Of a DNA stretch of 64,000 nt, positions 40,086 to 55,097 are shown in pieces. Below the pieces are notes generated by a model. That model had not been told where the DNA came from, did not search any database, and saw only the letters and a program-made list of their open reading frames with translations. A program made the position numbers and the translations under genes. This stretch comes from the human T2T-CHM13v2.0 reference genome, Homo sapiens: NCBI RefSeq assembly GCF_009914755.1, contig NC_060933.1, one strand, 5' to 3'. Each line of letters opens with the position of its first letter. Position 1 is the first letter of the stretch.

Positions 40086-43000
40086 TTTCCCCTGTACTCG
40101 GGTTGATTCCATTCCATTCCATTCCAATCCATGCCATTCCACTCGTGTTGATTACATTCTTTCCATTCCATTCAAGATGAATCCATTCCATTGCATTCCA
40201 TTCCATTCGATTCCATTCGTTTGCACTCGTGTTGATTCCATGGCATTGCATTCCATTCCATTCCATTCCATTCCATTCCATTCCTTTCCATTCCATTCCA
40301 TTCCATTCGGATTCATTCTATTCAATTCCCTTACACTCCATTACATTACATTCCATTCCGGTTGTTCCATTCCATTGCATTCCATTCCACTCCATTCCAT
40401 TGCACTGGGGTTGATTCCATTCCATTCCTTTCCATTCCATTCCATTCCATTCCGGATGATTCCATTCCATTGCATTCCGTTCCATTCCATTCCCCTGCAG
40501 TCGCGTTGATTCCATTCCATTCCATTCCATTCCATTCCATTCCATTCCATTCCATTCCATTCCATTCCATTATACTCGGGTTGATTCCATTCCATTGCAT
40601 TCCATTCCATTCCATTCCATTCCATTCCATTCCATTCCATTCCATTCCATTCCGTTGCTTTCCATTCCATTACATTCGGATTGATTCTATTCAACTCCCT
40701 TACTCTCCATTACATTCGATTCCATTCGGGTTCTTCCATTCCATTCCATTCCATTCCACTCCATTCCATTGCACTCGGGTTGATTCCATTCCATTCCATT
40801 ACATTCCATTCATTCCAGATGATTCCATTCCATTGCATTCCGTTCCATTACATTCCCCTGCACTCGCGTTGATTCCATTCCATTCCATTCCATTCCATTC
40901 AATTCCATTCCATTACAATTCGTTCCATTCCATTCTATTCCGTACCATTCCATTCCATTCCATACCACTCCATTCCATTCCATTCCATTCCATTCCGTTC
41001 CATTCCGTTCCATTCCATTCCATTCCATTCTATTCGGGTTAATTCCATTCCATTCCATTCCGTTCCATTCCATTCCATTCCATTCCATTGCATTCCATTC
41101 CGGTCCATTCCGTTCCATTCCATTCCATTCCATTCTATTCGGGTTAATTCCATTCCATTCCATTCCATTCCATTCCATTCCATTCTATTCCATTCCATTG
41201 CATTCGAGTTGAAGCCATTGCATTTCATTCCATTCCATTCCATTCCATTCCATTCCGGAAGATTCCATTCCATTGCATTCCATTCCATTCCATTCCCCTG
41301 CACTCGCGTTGATTCCATTCCTTTCCATTCCATTCCATTCCATTCCATTCCGTTCCGTTCCGTTCCGTTCCGTTCCATTCCATTCCATTCCATTCCGTTC
41401 CGTTCCATTCCATTCCATTCCATTCCATTCTATTCGGGTTAATTCCATTCCATTCCATTCGATTGCAATCGAGTTGATTCCATTCCATTCCATTCCATTC
41501 CATTGCATTCCATTCCATTCGATTCCATTCGATTGCACTCGGGTTGATTCCATTCCATTGCATTCCATTCCATTCCATTCCATTCCATTCCGTTCCATTC
41601 CATTCCATTACATTCGGATTGATTCTATTCAATTCCCTTACACTCCATTACATTCCATTCCATTCGGGTAGTTTCCATTCCATTCCATTCCATTCCTCTC
41701 CATTCCATTGCACTCGGGTTGATTCCATTCCATTGCATTCCATTCCATTCCATTCAATTCCATTCCGTTCCATTCCATTCCTTTACATTCGGATTGATTC
41801 TATTCAACTCCCTTACTCTCCATTACATTCCATTCCATTCGGGTTGTTCCATTCCATTCCATTCCATTCCACTCCATTCCATTGCACTTGGGTTGATTCC
41901 ATTCCATTCCATTCCATTCCATTCCATTCCGTTGCATTCCATTCCATTACGTTCGGATTGATTCTATTCAACTCCCTTACTCTCCATTACATTCCATTCC
42001 TTTCGGGTTGTTCCATTCCATTCCATTCCATTCCACTGCATTCCATTGCACTCGGGTTGATTCCATTCCATTCCATTCCATTCCATTCCATTCCTTTCCG
42101 GATGATTCCATTCCATTGCATTCTGTTCCATTACATTCCCCTGCACTCGCGTTGATTCCATTCCATTCCATTCCATTCCATTCCATTCAATTCCATTCCA
42201 TTACAATTCGTTCCATTCCATTCTATTCCGTACCATTCCATTCCATTCCATACCATTCCATTCCATTCCGTTCCATTCCATTCCATTCCATTCTATTCAG
42301 GTTAATTCCATTCCATTCCATTCCATTCCATTCCATTCTATTCCATTCCATTGCAATCGAGTTGAATCCATTGCATTTCATTCCATTCCATTCCATTCCA
42401 CTCCATTCCATTGCACTCGGGTTGATTCCATTCCATTCCATTCCATTCCATTCCTGATGATTCCATTCCATTGCATTGCGTTCCATTACATTCCCCTGCA
42501 CTCGGGTTGATTCCATTCCATTCCATTCCATTCCATTCCATTCCATTCCATTCCGTTCCGTTCCATTCCATTCCAATCCATTCTATTCGGGTTAATTCCA
42601 TTCCATTCCATTCGATTGCAATGGAGCTGATTCCATTCCATACCATTCCATTCCATTCCATTCCATTCCATTCCATTCCTTTCCATTACATTACGGATGA
42701 TTCCATTCCATTTCTTTCCATTCCATTACATTCCCCTGTACTCGGGTTGATTCCATTCCATTCCATTCCAATCCATGCCATTCCACTCGTGTTGATTCCA
42801 TTCTTTCCATTCCATTCAAGATGAATCCATTCCATTACATTCCATTCCATTCGATTCCATTCGATTGCCCTCATGTTGATTCCATGGCATTGCATTCCAT
42901 TCCATTCCATTCCATTCCATTCAATTCCATTCCATTCCATTCCATTCCATTCCATTCCATTCCATTCCTTTCCATTCCATTCCATTCCATTCCATTCCAT

Positions 43001-43599
43001 TCCTTTCCATTACATTACGGATGATTCCATTCCATTGCATTCCTTTCCATTCCATTCCCCTGTACTCGGGTTGATTCCATTCCATTCCATTCCATTCCAT
43101 GCCATTCCACTCGTGTTGATTCCATTCTTTCCATTCCATTCAAGTTGAATCCATTGCATTGCATTCCATTCCATTCGATTCCATTCGATTGCACTCGGGT
43201 TGATTCCATTCCATTGCATTCCATTCCATTCCAGTCCATTCCGTTCCATTCCATTCCATTCCATTCCATTATACTCGGGTTGATTCCATTCCATTGCATT
43301 CCATTCCATTCCATTCCATTCCATTCCATTCCATTCCGTTGCTTTCCATTCCATTACATTCGGATTGATTCTATTCAACTCCCTTACTCTCCATTACATT
43401 CCATTCCATTCGGGTTGTTCCATTCCATTCCATTCCATTCCATTCCACTCCATTCCATTGCACTCGGGTTGATTCCATTCCATTCCATTCCATTCCATTC
43501 CTGATGATTCCATTCCATTGCATTGCGTTCCATTACATTCCCCTGCACTCGGGTTGATTCCATTCCATTCCATTCCATTCCATTCCATTCCATTCCATT

Positions 43600-46500
43600 C
43601 CATTCCAATCGAGTTGATTCCATTCCATTCCATTCCATTTCACTCAATTCCAGTCCTTTCCATTCCATTCCACTCGGGTTGATTCCATTCTATTTCTTTC
43701 CATTCCATTCCATTCCATTGCAATCGAGTTGATTCCATTGCTTTGCATTCCATTCCATTCCATTCCATTCCGGAAGATTCCTTTCCATTGCATTCCATTC
43801 CATTCCATTCCCCTGCACTCGGGTTGATTCCATTCCATTCCACTCCATTCCATTGCATTCCATTCCATTCCATTGTATTCGGGTTGATTCCATTGCATTC
43901 CTTTCCATTCCATTCCATTCCATTCCATTCCATTACAATCGAGTTGATTCCATTCCATTCCATTCCATTCCAGTGCTTTCCATTCCATTCCACTCGGGTT
44001 GATTCCATTCTATTAGTTTCCATTCTATTCCATTCCCTTCCATTCCACTCTGGTTGATTCCATTCCTTTCCATTCCACTCGAATACATTCCCTCCTATTC
44101 CACTCGGAACGATTCCATTCCATTCCATTCCATTCCATTCCATTCCATTCCATTCCATTTCGTTCTATTCCATTCTATTCCGTACCATTCCATTCCATTC
44201 CATTCCATTCCATTCCATTCCACTCGTGTTGATTCCATTGCTTTCCATTCCATTCGGTTTGAAGGCATTCCATTCCATTCCATTCCATTCCATTCCATTC
44301 CATTCCATTCCATTCCATTCCATTGTACTCGGGTTGATTCAATTCCATTGCATTCCATTCCATTCCATTCCGTTGCATTCCATTCCATTTCATTCGGATT
44401 GATTGTATTCAAATCCCTTACTCTTCATTACATTCCATTCCATTCGGGTTGTTCCATTCCATTCCATTCCATTCCATTCCATTCCATACCATTCCATTCC
44501 ATTCCATTCCATTCCATTCCGTTCCATTCCGTTCCATTCCATTCCATTCCATTCTATTCGGGTTAATTCCATTCCATTCCATTCCATTCCATTCCATTCT
44601 ATTCCATTCCATTGCAATCGAGTTGAATCCATTGCATTTCATTCCATTCCATTCCATTCCATTCCATTCCGGAAGATTCCATTCCATTGCATTCCATTCC
44701 ATTCCATTCCCCTGCACTCGCGTTGATTCCATTCCATTCCATTCCATTCCATTCCATTCCGTTCCATTCCGTTCCGTTCCATTTCATTCCATTCCATTCC
44801 ATTCCATTCCGTTCCGTTCCATTCCATTCCATTCCATTCCACTCTATTCGGGTTAATTCCATTCCATTCCATTCGATTGCAATCGAGTTGATTCCATTCC
44901 ATTCCATTCCATTCCATTCCATTCCTTTCCCCTGTACTCGGGTTGATTCCATTCCATTCCATTCCAATCCATGCCATTCCACTCGTGTTGATTCCATTCT
45001 TTCCATTCCATTGAAGATGAATCCATTCCATTGCATTCCATTCCATTCGATTCCATTCGTTTGCACTCGTGTTGATTCCATGGCATTGCATTCCATTCCA
45101 TTGCATTCCATTTCATTCCATTCCATTGCATTCCATTTCATTCCATTCCATTCATTTCCATTCCATTCCATTCCATTCGGATTCATTCTATTCAATTCCC
45201 TTACACTCCATTACATTACATTCCATTCGGGTTGTTCCATTCCATTCCATTCCATTCCACTCCATTCCATTGCACTGGGGTTGATTCCATTCCATTCCTT
45301 TCCATTCCATTCCATTCCATTCCGGATGATTCCATTCCATTGCATTCCGTTCCATTCCATTCCCCTGCAGTCGCGTTGATTCCATTCCATTCCATTCCAT
45401 TCCATTCCATTCCATTCCATTCCATTCCATTCCATTCCATTGTACTCGGGTTGATTCCATTCCATTGCATTCCATTCCATTCCATTCTATTCCATTCCAT
45501 TCCGTTGCTTTCCATTCCATTACATTCGGATTGATTCTATTCAACTCCCTTACTCTCCATTACATTCCATTCCATTCGGGTTCTTCCATTCCATTCCATT
45601 CCATTCCACTCCATTCCATTGCACTCGGGTTGATTCCATTCCATTCCATTCCATTCCATTCATTCCGGATGATTCCATTCCATTGCATTCCGTTCCATTA
45701 CATTCCCCTGCACTCGTGTTGATTCCATTCCATTCCATTCCATTCCATTCAATTCCATTCCATTACAATTCGTTCCATTCCATTCTATTCCGTACCATTC
45801 CATTCCATTACATACCATTCCATTCCGTTCCATTCCATTCCATTCCTTTCCATTCCATTCCGGAAGATTCCACTCCATTACATTCCATTCCATTCCATTC
45901 CCCTGCACTCACGTTGATTCCATTCCATTCCATTCCATTCCCCTGAAGTCGGGTTGATTCCATTCCATTCCATTCCATTCCATTCCATTCCATTCAATTC
46001 CGTTCCGTTCCATTCCATTCCATTCCATTCTATTCGGGTTAATTCCATTCCATTCTATTCCATTCCATTCCATTCCAATCCATTCAGTTCCATTCCATTC
46101 CATTCCATTCCATTCTATTCGGGTTAATTCCATTCCATTTCATTCCATTCCATACCATTCCATTCCATTCCATTCCATTCCATTCCATTCCGTTCCATTC
46201 CGTTCCATTCCATTCCATTCCATTCTATTCGTGTTAATTCCATTCCATTCTATTCCATTCCAGTCCATTGAAATCGAGTTGATTCCATTCCATTCCATTC
46301 CATTCCATTCCATTCCGGATGATTCCATTCCATTGCATTCCATTCCATTCCATTCCCCTGCACTCGGATGGATTCCATTCCATTCCATTACATTACATTA
46401 CGTTCCATTCCGTTCCATTCTATTCTATTCGGGTTAATTCCATTCCATTCCATTCCACTCCATTCCATTCCATTCTATTCGGGTTAATTCCATTCCATAA

Positions 46501-48775
46501 CATTCCATTCCATTCCATTCCATTCCAATCGAGTTGATTCCATTCCATTGCATTTCATTTCACTCAATTCCAGTCCTTTCCATTCCATTCCACTCGGGTT
46601 GATTCCATTCTATTCCTTTCCATTCCATTCCATTCCATTGCAATCGAGTTGATTCCATTGCTTTGCATTCCATTCCATTCCATTCCATTCCGGATGATTC
46701 CTTTCCATTGCATTCCATTCCATTCCATTCCCCTGCACTCGGGTTGATTCCATTCCATTCCACTCCATTCCATTGCATTCCATTCCATTCCATTGTATTC
46801 GGGTTGATTCCATTGCATTCCTTTCCATTCCATTCCATTCCATTCCATTCCATTACAATCGAGTTGATTCCATTCCATTCCATTCCATTCCAGTGCTTTC
46901 CATTCCATTCCACTCGGGTTGATTCCATTCTATTAGTTTCCATTCCATTCCATTCCCTTCCATTCCACTCTGGTTGATTCCATTCCTTTGCATTCCACTC
47001 GAATACATTCCCTCCTATTCCACTCGGAACGATTCCATTCCATTCCATTCCATTCCATTCCATTCCATTCCATTCCATTTCGTTCCATTCCATTCTATTC
47101 CGTACCATTCCATTCCATTCCATTCCATTCCATTCCATTCCATTCCACTCGTGTTGATTCCATTGCTTTCCATTCCATTCGGTTTGAAGACATTCCATTC
47201 CATTCAATTCCATTCCATTCCATTCCATTCCATTCCATTCCATTCCATTCCATTCCATTGTACTCGGGTTGATTCAATTCCATTGCATTCCATTCCATTC
47301 CATTCCGTTGCATTCCATTCCATGTCATTCGGATTGATTGTATTCAAATCCCTTACTCTTCATTACATTCCATTCCATTCGGGTTGTTCCATTCCATTCC
47401 ATTCCATTCCATTCCATTCCATACCATTCCATTCCATTCCATTCCATTCCATTCCGTTCCATTCCGTTCCATTCCATTCCATTCCATTCTATTCGGGTTA
47501 ATTCCATTCCATTCCATTCCATTGCATTCCATTCCATTCTATTCCATTCCATTGCAATCGAGTTGAATCTATTGCATTTCATTCCATTCCATTCCATTCC
47601 ATTCCATTCCGGAAGGTTCCATTCCATTGCATTCCATTCCATTCCATTCCCCTGCACTCGCGTTGATTCCATTCCATTCCATTCCATTCCATTCCATTCC
47701 GTTCCGTTCCGTTCCGTTCCGTTCCATTTCATTCCATTCCATTCCATTCCATTCCATTCCGTTCCGTTCCATTCCATTCCATTCCATTCCACTCTATTCG
47801 GGTTAATTCCATTCCATTCCATTCGATTGCAATCGAGTTGATTCCATTCCATTCCATTCCATTCCATTCCATTCCTTTCCCCTGTACTCGGGTTGATTCC
47901 ATTCCATTCCATTCCAATCCATGCCATTCCACTCGTGTTGATTCCATTCTTTCCGTTCCATTCAAGATGAATCCATTCCATTGCATTCCATTCCATTCGA
48001 TTCCATTCGTTTGCACTCGTGTTGATTCCATGGCATTGCATTCCATTCCATTGCATTCCATTTCATTCCATTCCATTCCTTTCCATTCCATTCCATTCCA
48101 TTCGGATTCATTCTATTCAATTCCCTTACACTCCATTACATTACATTCCATTCGGGTTGTTCCATTCCATTCCATTCCATTCCACTCCATTCCATTGCAC
48201 TGGGGTTGATTCCATTCCATTCCTTTCCATTCCATTCCATTCCATTCCGGATGATTCCATTCCATTGCATTCCGTTCCATTCCATTCCCCTGCAGTCGCG
48301 TTGATTCCATTCCATTCCATTCCATTCCATTCCATTCCATTCCATTCCATTCCATTCCATTGTACTCGGGTTGATTCCATTCCATTGCATTCCATTCCAT
48401 TCCATTACATTCCATTCTATTCCATTCCATTCCATTCTATTCCATTCCATTCCGTTGCTTTCCATTCCATTACATTCGGATTGATTCTATTCAACTCCCT
48501 TACTCTCCATTACATTCCATTCCATTCGGGTTCTTCCATTCCATTCCATTCCATTCCACTCCATTCCATTGCACTCGGGTTGATTCCATTCCATTCCATT
48601 CCATTCCATTCATTCCGGATGATTCCATTCCATTGCATTCCGTTCCATTACATTCCCCTGCACTCGCGTTGATTCCATTCCATTCCATTCAATTCCATTC
48701 AATTCCATTCCATTACAATTCGTTCCATTCCATTCTATTCCGTACCATTCCATTCCATTCCATACCATTCCACTC
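43600..48775 (+). repeat. ~2.92-2.95 kb direct repeat (~43600-45825 vs ~46520-48775)
   Basis: ORF offsets 2920 (43743/46663; 44054/46974), 2935 and 2950 (45550/48500). Both start at ...TTTCACTCAATTCCAGTCC. Confidence 0.85.
43851..48417 (+). repeat. Segmental duplication C, copy 1 (paralog at ~55074-59625)
   Basis: ORF offsets 11208-11233 (44599/55832, 45550/56783, 46663/57891, 48113/59326). Shared markers CCCTGAAGTC, TTGAAGACA, CATGTCATT, GAATCTATTGC. Confidence 0.92.
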
Positions 48776-49890
48776 CATTCCATTCCGTTCCATTCCGTTC
48801 CATTCCGTTCCATTCCATTCCATTCCATTCTATTCGGGTTAATTCCATTCCATTCCATTCCGTTCCATTCCATTCCATTCCATTGCATTCCATTCCGTTC
48901 CATTCCGTTCCATTCCATTCCATTCCATTCTATTCGGGTTAATTCCATTCCATTCCATTCCATTGCATTCTATTCCATTCCATTGCAATCGAGTTGAATC
49001 CATTGCATTTCATTCCATTCCATTCCATTCCATTCCATTCCGGAAGATTCCATTCCATTGCATTCCATTCCATTCCATTCCCCTTCACTCGCGTTGATTC
49101 CATTCCATTCCATTCCATTCCATTCCATTCCATTCCATTCCATTCCATTCCATTCCATTGTACTCGGGTTGATTCCATTCCATTGCATTCCATTCCATTC
49201 CATTCCATTCCATTCTATTCCATTCCATTCCGTTGCTTTCCATTCCATTACATTCGGATTGATTCTATTCAACTCCCTTACTCTCCATTACATTCCATTC
49301 CATTCGGGTTCTTCCATTCCATTCCATTCCATTCCACTCCATTCCATTGCACTCGGGTTGATTCCATTCCATTCCATTCCATTCCATTCATTCCGGATGA
49401 TTCCATTCCATTGCATTCCGTTCCATTACATTCCCCTGCACTCGCGTTGATTCCATTCCATTCCATTCCATTCCATTCAATTCCATTCCATTACAATTCG
49501 TTCCATTCCATTCTATTCCGTACCATTCCATTCCATTACATACCATTCCATTCCATTGCATTCCATTCCATTCCGTTCCATTCCGTTCCATTCCATTCCA
49601 TTCCATTCTATTCGGGTTAATTCCATTCCATTCCATTCCGTTCCATTCCATTCCATTCCATTCCATTGCATTCCATTCCGTTCCATTCCGTTCCATTCCA
49701 TTCCATTCCATTCTATTCGGGTTAATTCCATTCCATTCCATTCCATTCCATTCCATTCTATTCCATTCCATTGCAATCGAGTTGAATCCATTGCATTTCA
49801 TTCCATTCCATTCCATTCCATTCCATTCCGGAAGATTCCATTCCATTGCATTCCATTCCATTCCATTCCCCTGCACTCGCGTTGATTCCA
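48360..49890 (+). repeat. ~0.78-0.80 kb tandem duplication
   Basis: Identical 62-aa ORFs at 48500..48688 and 49278..49466 (offset 778). Only one unit is present in paralog E. Confidence 0.85.
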
Positions 49891-50875
49891 TTCCATTCCA
49901 TTCCACTCCATTCCATTCCATTCCATTCTGTTCCGTTCCGTTCCATTCCATTCCATTCCATTCCGTTCCGTTCCATTCCATTCCATTCCATTCCATTCTA
50001 TTCGGGTTAATTCCATTCCATTCCATTCGATTGCAATCGAGTTGATTCCATTCCATTCCATTCCATTCCATTCCATTCCATTCCTTTCCATTACATTACG
50101 GATGATTCCATTCCATTCCATTCCATTCCATTCCTTTCCCCTGTACTCGGGTTGATTCCATTCCATTCCATTCCAATCCATGCCATTCCACTCGTGTTGA
50201 TTCCATTCTTTCCATTCCATTCAAGATGAATCCATTCCATTGCATTCCATTCCATTCGATTCCATTCGTTTGCACTCGTGTTGATTCCATGGCATTGCAT
50301 TCCATTCCATTCCATTCCTTTCCATTCCATTCCATTCCATTCCATTCCTTTCCATTCCATTCCATTCCATTCGGATTCATTCTATTCAATTCCCTTACAC
50401 TCCATTACATTACATTCCATTCGGGTTGTTCCATTCCATTCCATTCCATTCCACTCCATTCCATTGCACTCGGGTTGATTCCATTCCATTCCTTTCCATT
50501 CCATTCCATTACATTCCGGATGATTCCATTCCACTGCATTCCGTTCCATTCCATTCCCCTGCACTCGCGTTGATTCCATTCCATTCCATTCCATTCCATT
50601 CAATTCCATTCCATTACAATTCGTTCCATTCCATTCTATTCCGTACCATTCCATTCAATTCCATACCATTCCATTCCATTCCATTCCATTCAGTTCCATT
50701 CCGTTCCATTCCATTCCATTCCATTCTATTCGGGTTAATTCCATTCCATTCCATTCCATTCCATTCCATTCTATTCCATTCCATTGCAGTCGAGTTGAAT
50801 CCATTGCATTTCATTCCATTCCATTCCATTCCATTCCATTCCAGAAGATTCCATTCCATTGCATTCCATTCCATT
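48820..50875 (+). repeat. Duplication D, copy 1 (paralog at ~53060-55097, offset ~4220-4242)
   Basis: ORF offsets 4232-4237 (49278/53510, 50226/54463). Shared variants CATTGCATTCTATT and CCAGAAGATT. Confidence 0.88.
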
Positions 50876-53059
50876 CCATTCCATTCCATTGCATTCCATT
50901 CCGTTCCATTCCATTACATTCGGATTGATTCTATTCAATTCCCTTACACTGCATTCCATTCCATTCCATTCGGGTAGTTTCCATTCCATTCCATTCGTGT
51001 AGTTTCCATTCCATTCCATTCCATTCCTCTCCATTCCGTTGCACTCGGGTTGATTCCATTCCATTGCATTCCATTCCATTCCATTCAATTCGATTCCGTT
51101 CCATTCCATTCCATTACATTCGGATTGATTCTATTCAACTCCCTTACGCTCCATTACATTCCATTCCATTCGGGTTGTTCCATTCCATTCCACTCCATTC
51201 CATTGCACTCGGGTTGATTCCGTTCCATTCCATTCCATTCCTTTCCATTCCATTCCGGAAGATGCCACTCCATTGCATTCCATTCCATTCCATTCCCCTG
51301 CACTCACGTTGATTCCATTCCATTCCACTCCATTCCATTCCATTCCATTCCTTTCGGTTCCATTCCATTCCATTCCATTCCATTCCGTTCCGTTCCATTC
51401 CATTCCATTTCATTCTATTCGGGTTAATTCCATTCCATTCCATTCGATTGCAATCGAGTTGATTCCATTCCATTCCATTCCATTCCGTTCCATTCCATTC
51501 CATTCCATTCCATTCCATTCCATTCCTTTCTATTCCATTACGGATGATTCCATTCCATTGCATTCCATTCCATTCCATTCCCCTGTACTCGGGTTGATTC
51601 CATTCCCTTCCATTCCAATCCATGCCATTCCACTCGTGTTGATTCCATTCTTTCCATTCCATTCAAGTTGAATCTATTCCATTGCATTCCATTCCATTCC
51701 ATTCCCCTGAAGTCGGGTTGATTCCATTCCATTCCATTCCATTCCATTCCATTCCATTCCATTCCATTCCGTTCCGTTCCATTCCATTCCATTCCATTCT
51801 ATTCGGGTTAATTCCATTCCATTCTATTCCATTCCATTCAATTCCAATCCATTCAGTTCCATTCCATTCCATTCCATTCCATTCTATTCGGGTTAATTCC
51901 ATTCCATTCCATTCCATTCCATTCCATTCTATTCCATTCCATTGCAGTCGAGTTGAATCCATTGCATTTCATTCCATTCCATTCCATTCCATTCCGTTCC
52001 GGAAGATTCCATTCCATTGCATTCCATTCCATTCCATTCCCCTGCACTGGCGTTGATTCCATTCCATTCCATTACATTCCATTCCGTTCTGTTCCGTTCC
52101 GTTCCATTCCATTCCATTCCATTCTGTTCCGTTCCATTCCATTCCATTCCATTCTATTCGGGTTAATTCCATTCCATTCCATTCGATTGCAATCGAGTTG
52201 ATTCCATTCCATTCCATTCCATTCCATTCCATTCCATTTCATTCCTTTCCATTCCTTTACGGATGATTCCATTCCATTGCATTCCATTCCACTCCATTCC
52301 CCTGTACTCGGGTTGATTCCATTCCATTCCATTCCAATCCATGCCATTCCACTCGGGTTGATTCCATTCTTTCCATTCCATTCAAGTTGAATCCATTCCA
52401 TTGCATTCCATTCCATTGGATTCCATTCGATTGCACTCGGGTTGATTCCATTCCATTGCATTCCATTCCATTCCATTCCATTCCATTCCATTCCATTCCG
52501 TTCCATTCCATTACATTCGGATTGATTCTATTCAATTCCCTTACACTGCATTCCATTCCATTCCATTCGGGTAGTTTCCATTCCATTCCATTCCATTCCT
52601 CTCCATTCCATTGCACTCGGGTTGATTCCATTCCATTGCATTCCATTCCATTCCATTCAATTCCATTCCGTTCCATTACATTCCATTACATTCGGATTGA
52701 TTCTATTCAACTCCCTTACTCTCCATTCCATTCCATTCCATTCGGGTTGTTCCATTCCATTCTACTCCATACCATTGCACTCGGGTTGATTCCATTCCAT
52801 TCCATTCCATTCCATTCCGAAAGATTCCATTCCATTGCATTCCATTCCATTCCATTCCCCTGCACTCGCGTTGATTCCATTCCATTCCAGTCCATTCCAT
52901 TCCATTCCATTCCTTTCGGTTCCATTCCATTCCATTCCATTCCATTCCATTCCATTCAATTCCGTTCCGTTCCATTCCATTCCATTCCATTCTATTCGGG
53001 TTAATTCCATTCCATTCCATTCGATTGCAATCGAGTTGATTCCATTCCATTCCATTCCA

Positions 53060-55097
53060 TTCCATTCCATTCTATTCGGGTTAATTCCATTCCATTCCAT
53101 TCCGTTCCATTCCATTCCATTCCATTGCATTCCATTCCGTTCCATTCCGTTCCATTCCATTCCATTCCATTCTATTCGGGTTAATTCCATTCCATTCCAT
53201 TCCATTGCATTCTATTCCATTCCATTGCAATCGAGTTGAATCCATTGCATTTCATTCCATTCCATTCCATTCCATTCCATTCCGGAAGATTCCATTCCAT
53301 TGCATTCCATTCCATTCCATTCCCCTGCACTCGCGTTGATTCCATTCCATTCCATTCCATTCCATTCCATTCCATTCCATTCCATTCCATTGTACTCGGG
53401 TTGATTCCATTCCATTGCATTCCATTCCATTCCATTCCATTCCATTCTATTCCTTTCCATTCCGTTGCTTTCCATTCCATTACATTCGGATTGATTCTAT
53501 TCAACTCCCTTACTCTCCATTACATTCCATTCCATTCGGGTTCTTCCATTCCATTCCATTCCATTCCACTCCATTCCATTGCACTCGGGTTGATTCCATT
53601 CCATTCCATTCCATTCCATTCATTCCGGATGATTCCATTCCATTGCATTCCGTTCCATTACATTCCCCTGCACTCGCGTTGATTCCATTCCATTCCATTC
53701 CATTCCATTCAATTCCATTCCATTACAATTCGTTCCATTCCATTCTATTCCGTACCATTCCATTCCATTACATACCATTCCATTCCATTCCATTCCATTC
53801 CATTCCGTTCCATTCCGTTCCATTCCATTCCATTCCATTCTATTCGGGTTAATTCCATTCCATTCCATTCCGTTCCATTCCATTCCATTCCATTCCATTG
53901 CATTCCATTCCGTTCCATTCCGTTCCATTCCATTCCATTCCATTCTATTCGGGTTAATTCCATTCCATTCCATTCCATTCCATTCCATTCCATTCTATTC
54001 CATTCCATTGCAATCGAGTTGAATCCATTGCATTTCATTCCATTCCATTCCATTCCATTCCATTCCGGAAGATTCCATTCCATTGCATTCCATTCCATTC
54101 CATTCCCCTGCACTCGCGTTGATTCCATTCCATTCCATTCCACTCCATTCCATTCCATTCCATTCCGTTCCGTTCCGTTCCATTCCATTCCATTCCATTC
54201 CGTTCCGTTCCATTCCATTCCATTCCATTGCATTCTATTCGGGTTAATTCCATTCCATTCCATTCGATTGCAATCGAGTTGATTCCATTCCATTCCATTC
54301 CATTCCATTCCATTCCATTCCTTTCCATTACATTACGGATGATTCCATTCCATTCCATTCCATTCCATTCCTTTCCCCTGTACTCGGGTTGATTCCATTC
54401 CATTCCATTCCAATCCATGCCATTCCACTCGTGTTGATTCCATTCTTTCCATTCCATTCAAGATGAATCCATTCCATTGCATTCCATTCCATTCGATACC
54501 ATTCGTTTGCACTCGTGTTGATTCCATGGCATTGCATTCCATTCCATTCCATTCCTTTCCTTTCCATTCCATTCCACTCCATTCCTTTCCATTCCATTCC
54601 ATTCCATTCGGATTCATTCTATTCAATTCCCTTACACTCCATTACATTCCATTCCATTCGGGTTGTTCCATTCCATTCCATTCCATTCCACTCCATTCCA
54701 TTGCACTCGGGTTGATTCCATTCCATTCCTTTCCATTCCATTCCATTCCATTCCGGATGATTCCATTCCATTGCATTCCGTTCCATTCCATTCCCCTGCA
54801 CTCGCGTTGATTCCATTCCATTCCATTCCATTCCATTCAATTCCATTCCATTACAATTCGTTCCATTCCATTCTATTCCGTACCATTCCATTCAATTCCA
54901 TACCATTCCATTCCATTCCATTCCATTCAGTTCCATTCCGTTCCATTCCATTCCATTCCATTCTATTCGGGTTAATTCCATTCCATTCTATTCCATTCCA
55001 TTGCAGTCGAGTTGAATCCATTGCATTTCATTCCATTCCATTCCATTCCATTCCATTCCAGAAGATTCCATTCCATTGCATTCCATTCCATTCCATT
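53060..55097 (+). repeat. Duplication D, copy 2
   Basis: Matches 48820-50875; its end overlaps the start of duplication C copy 2. Confidence 0.88.
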
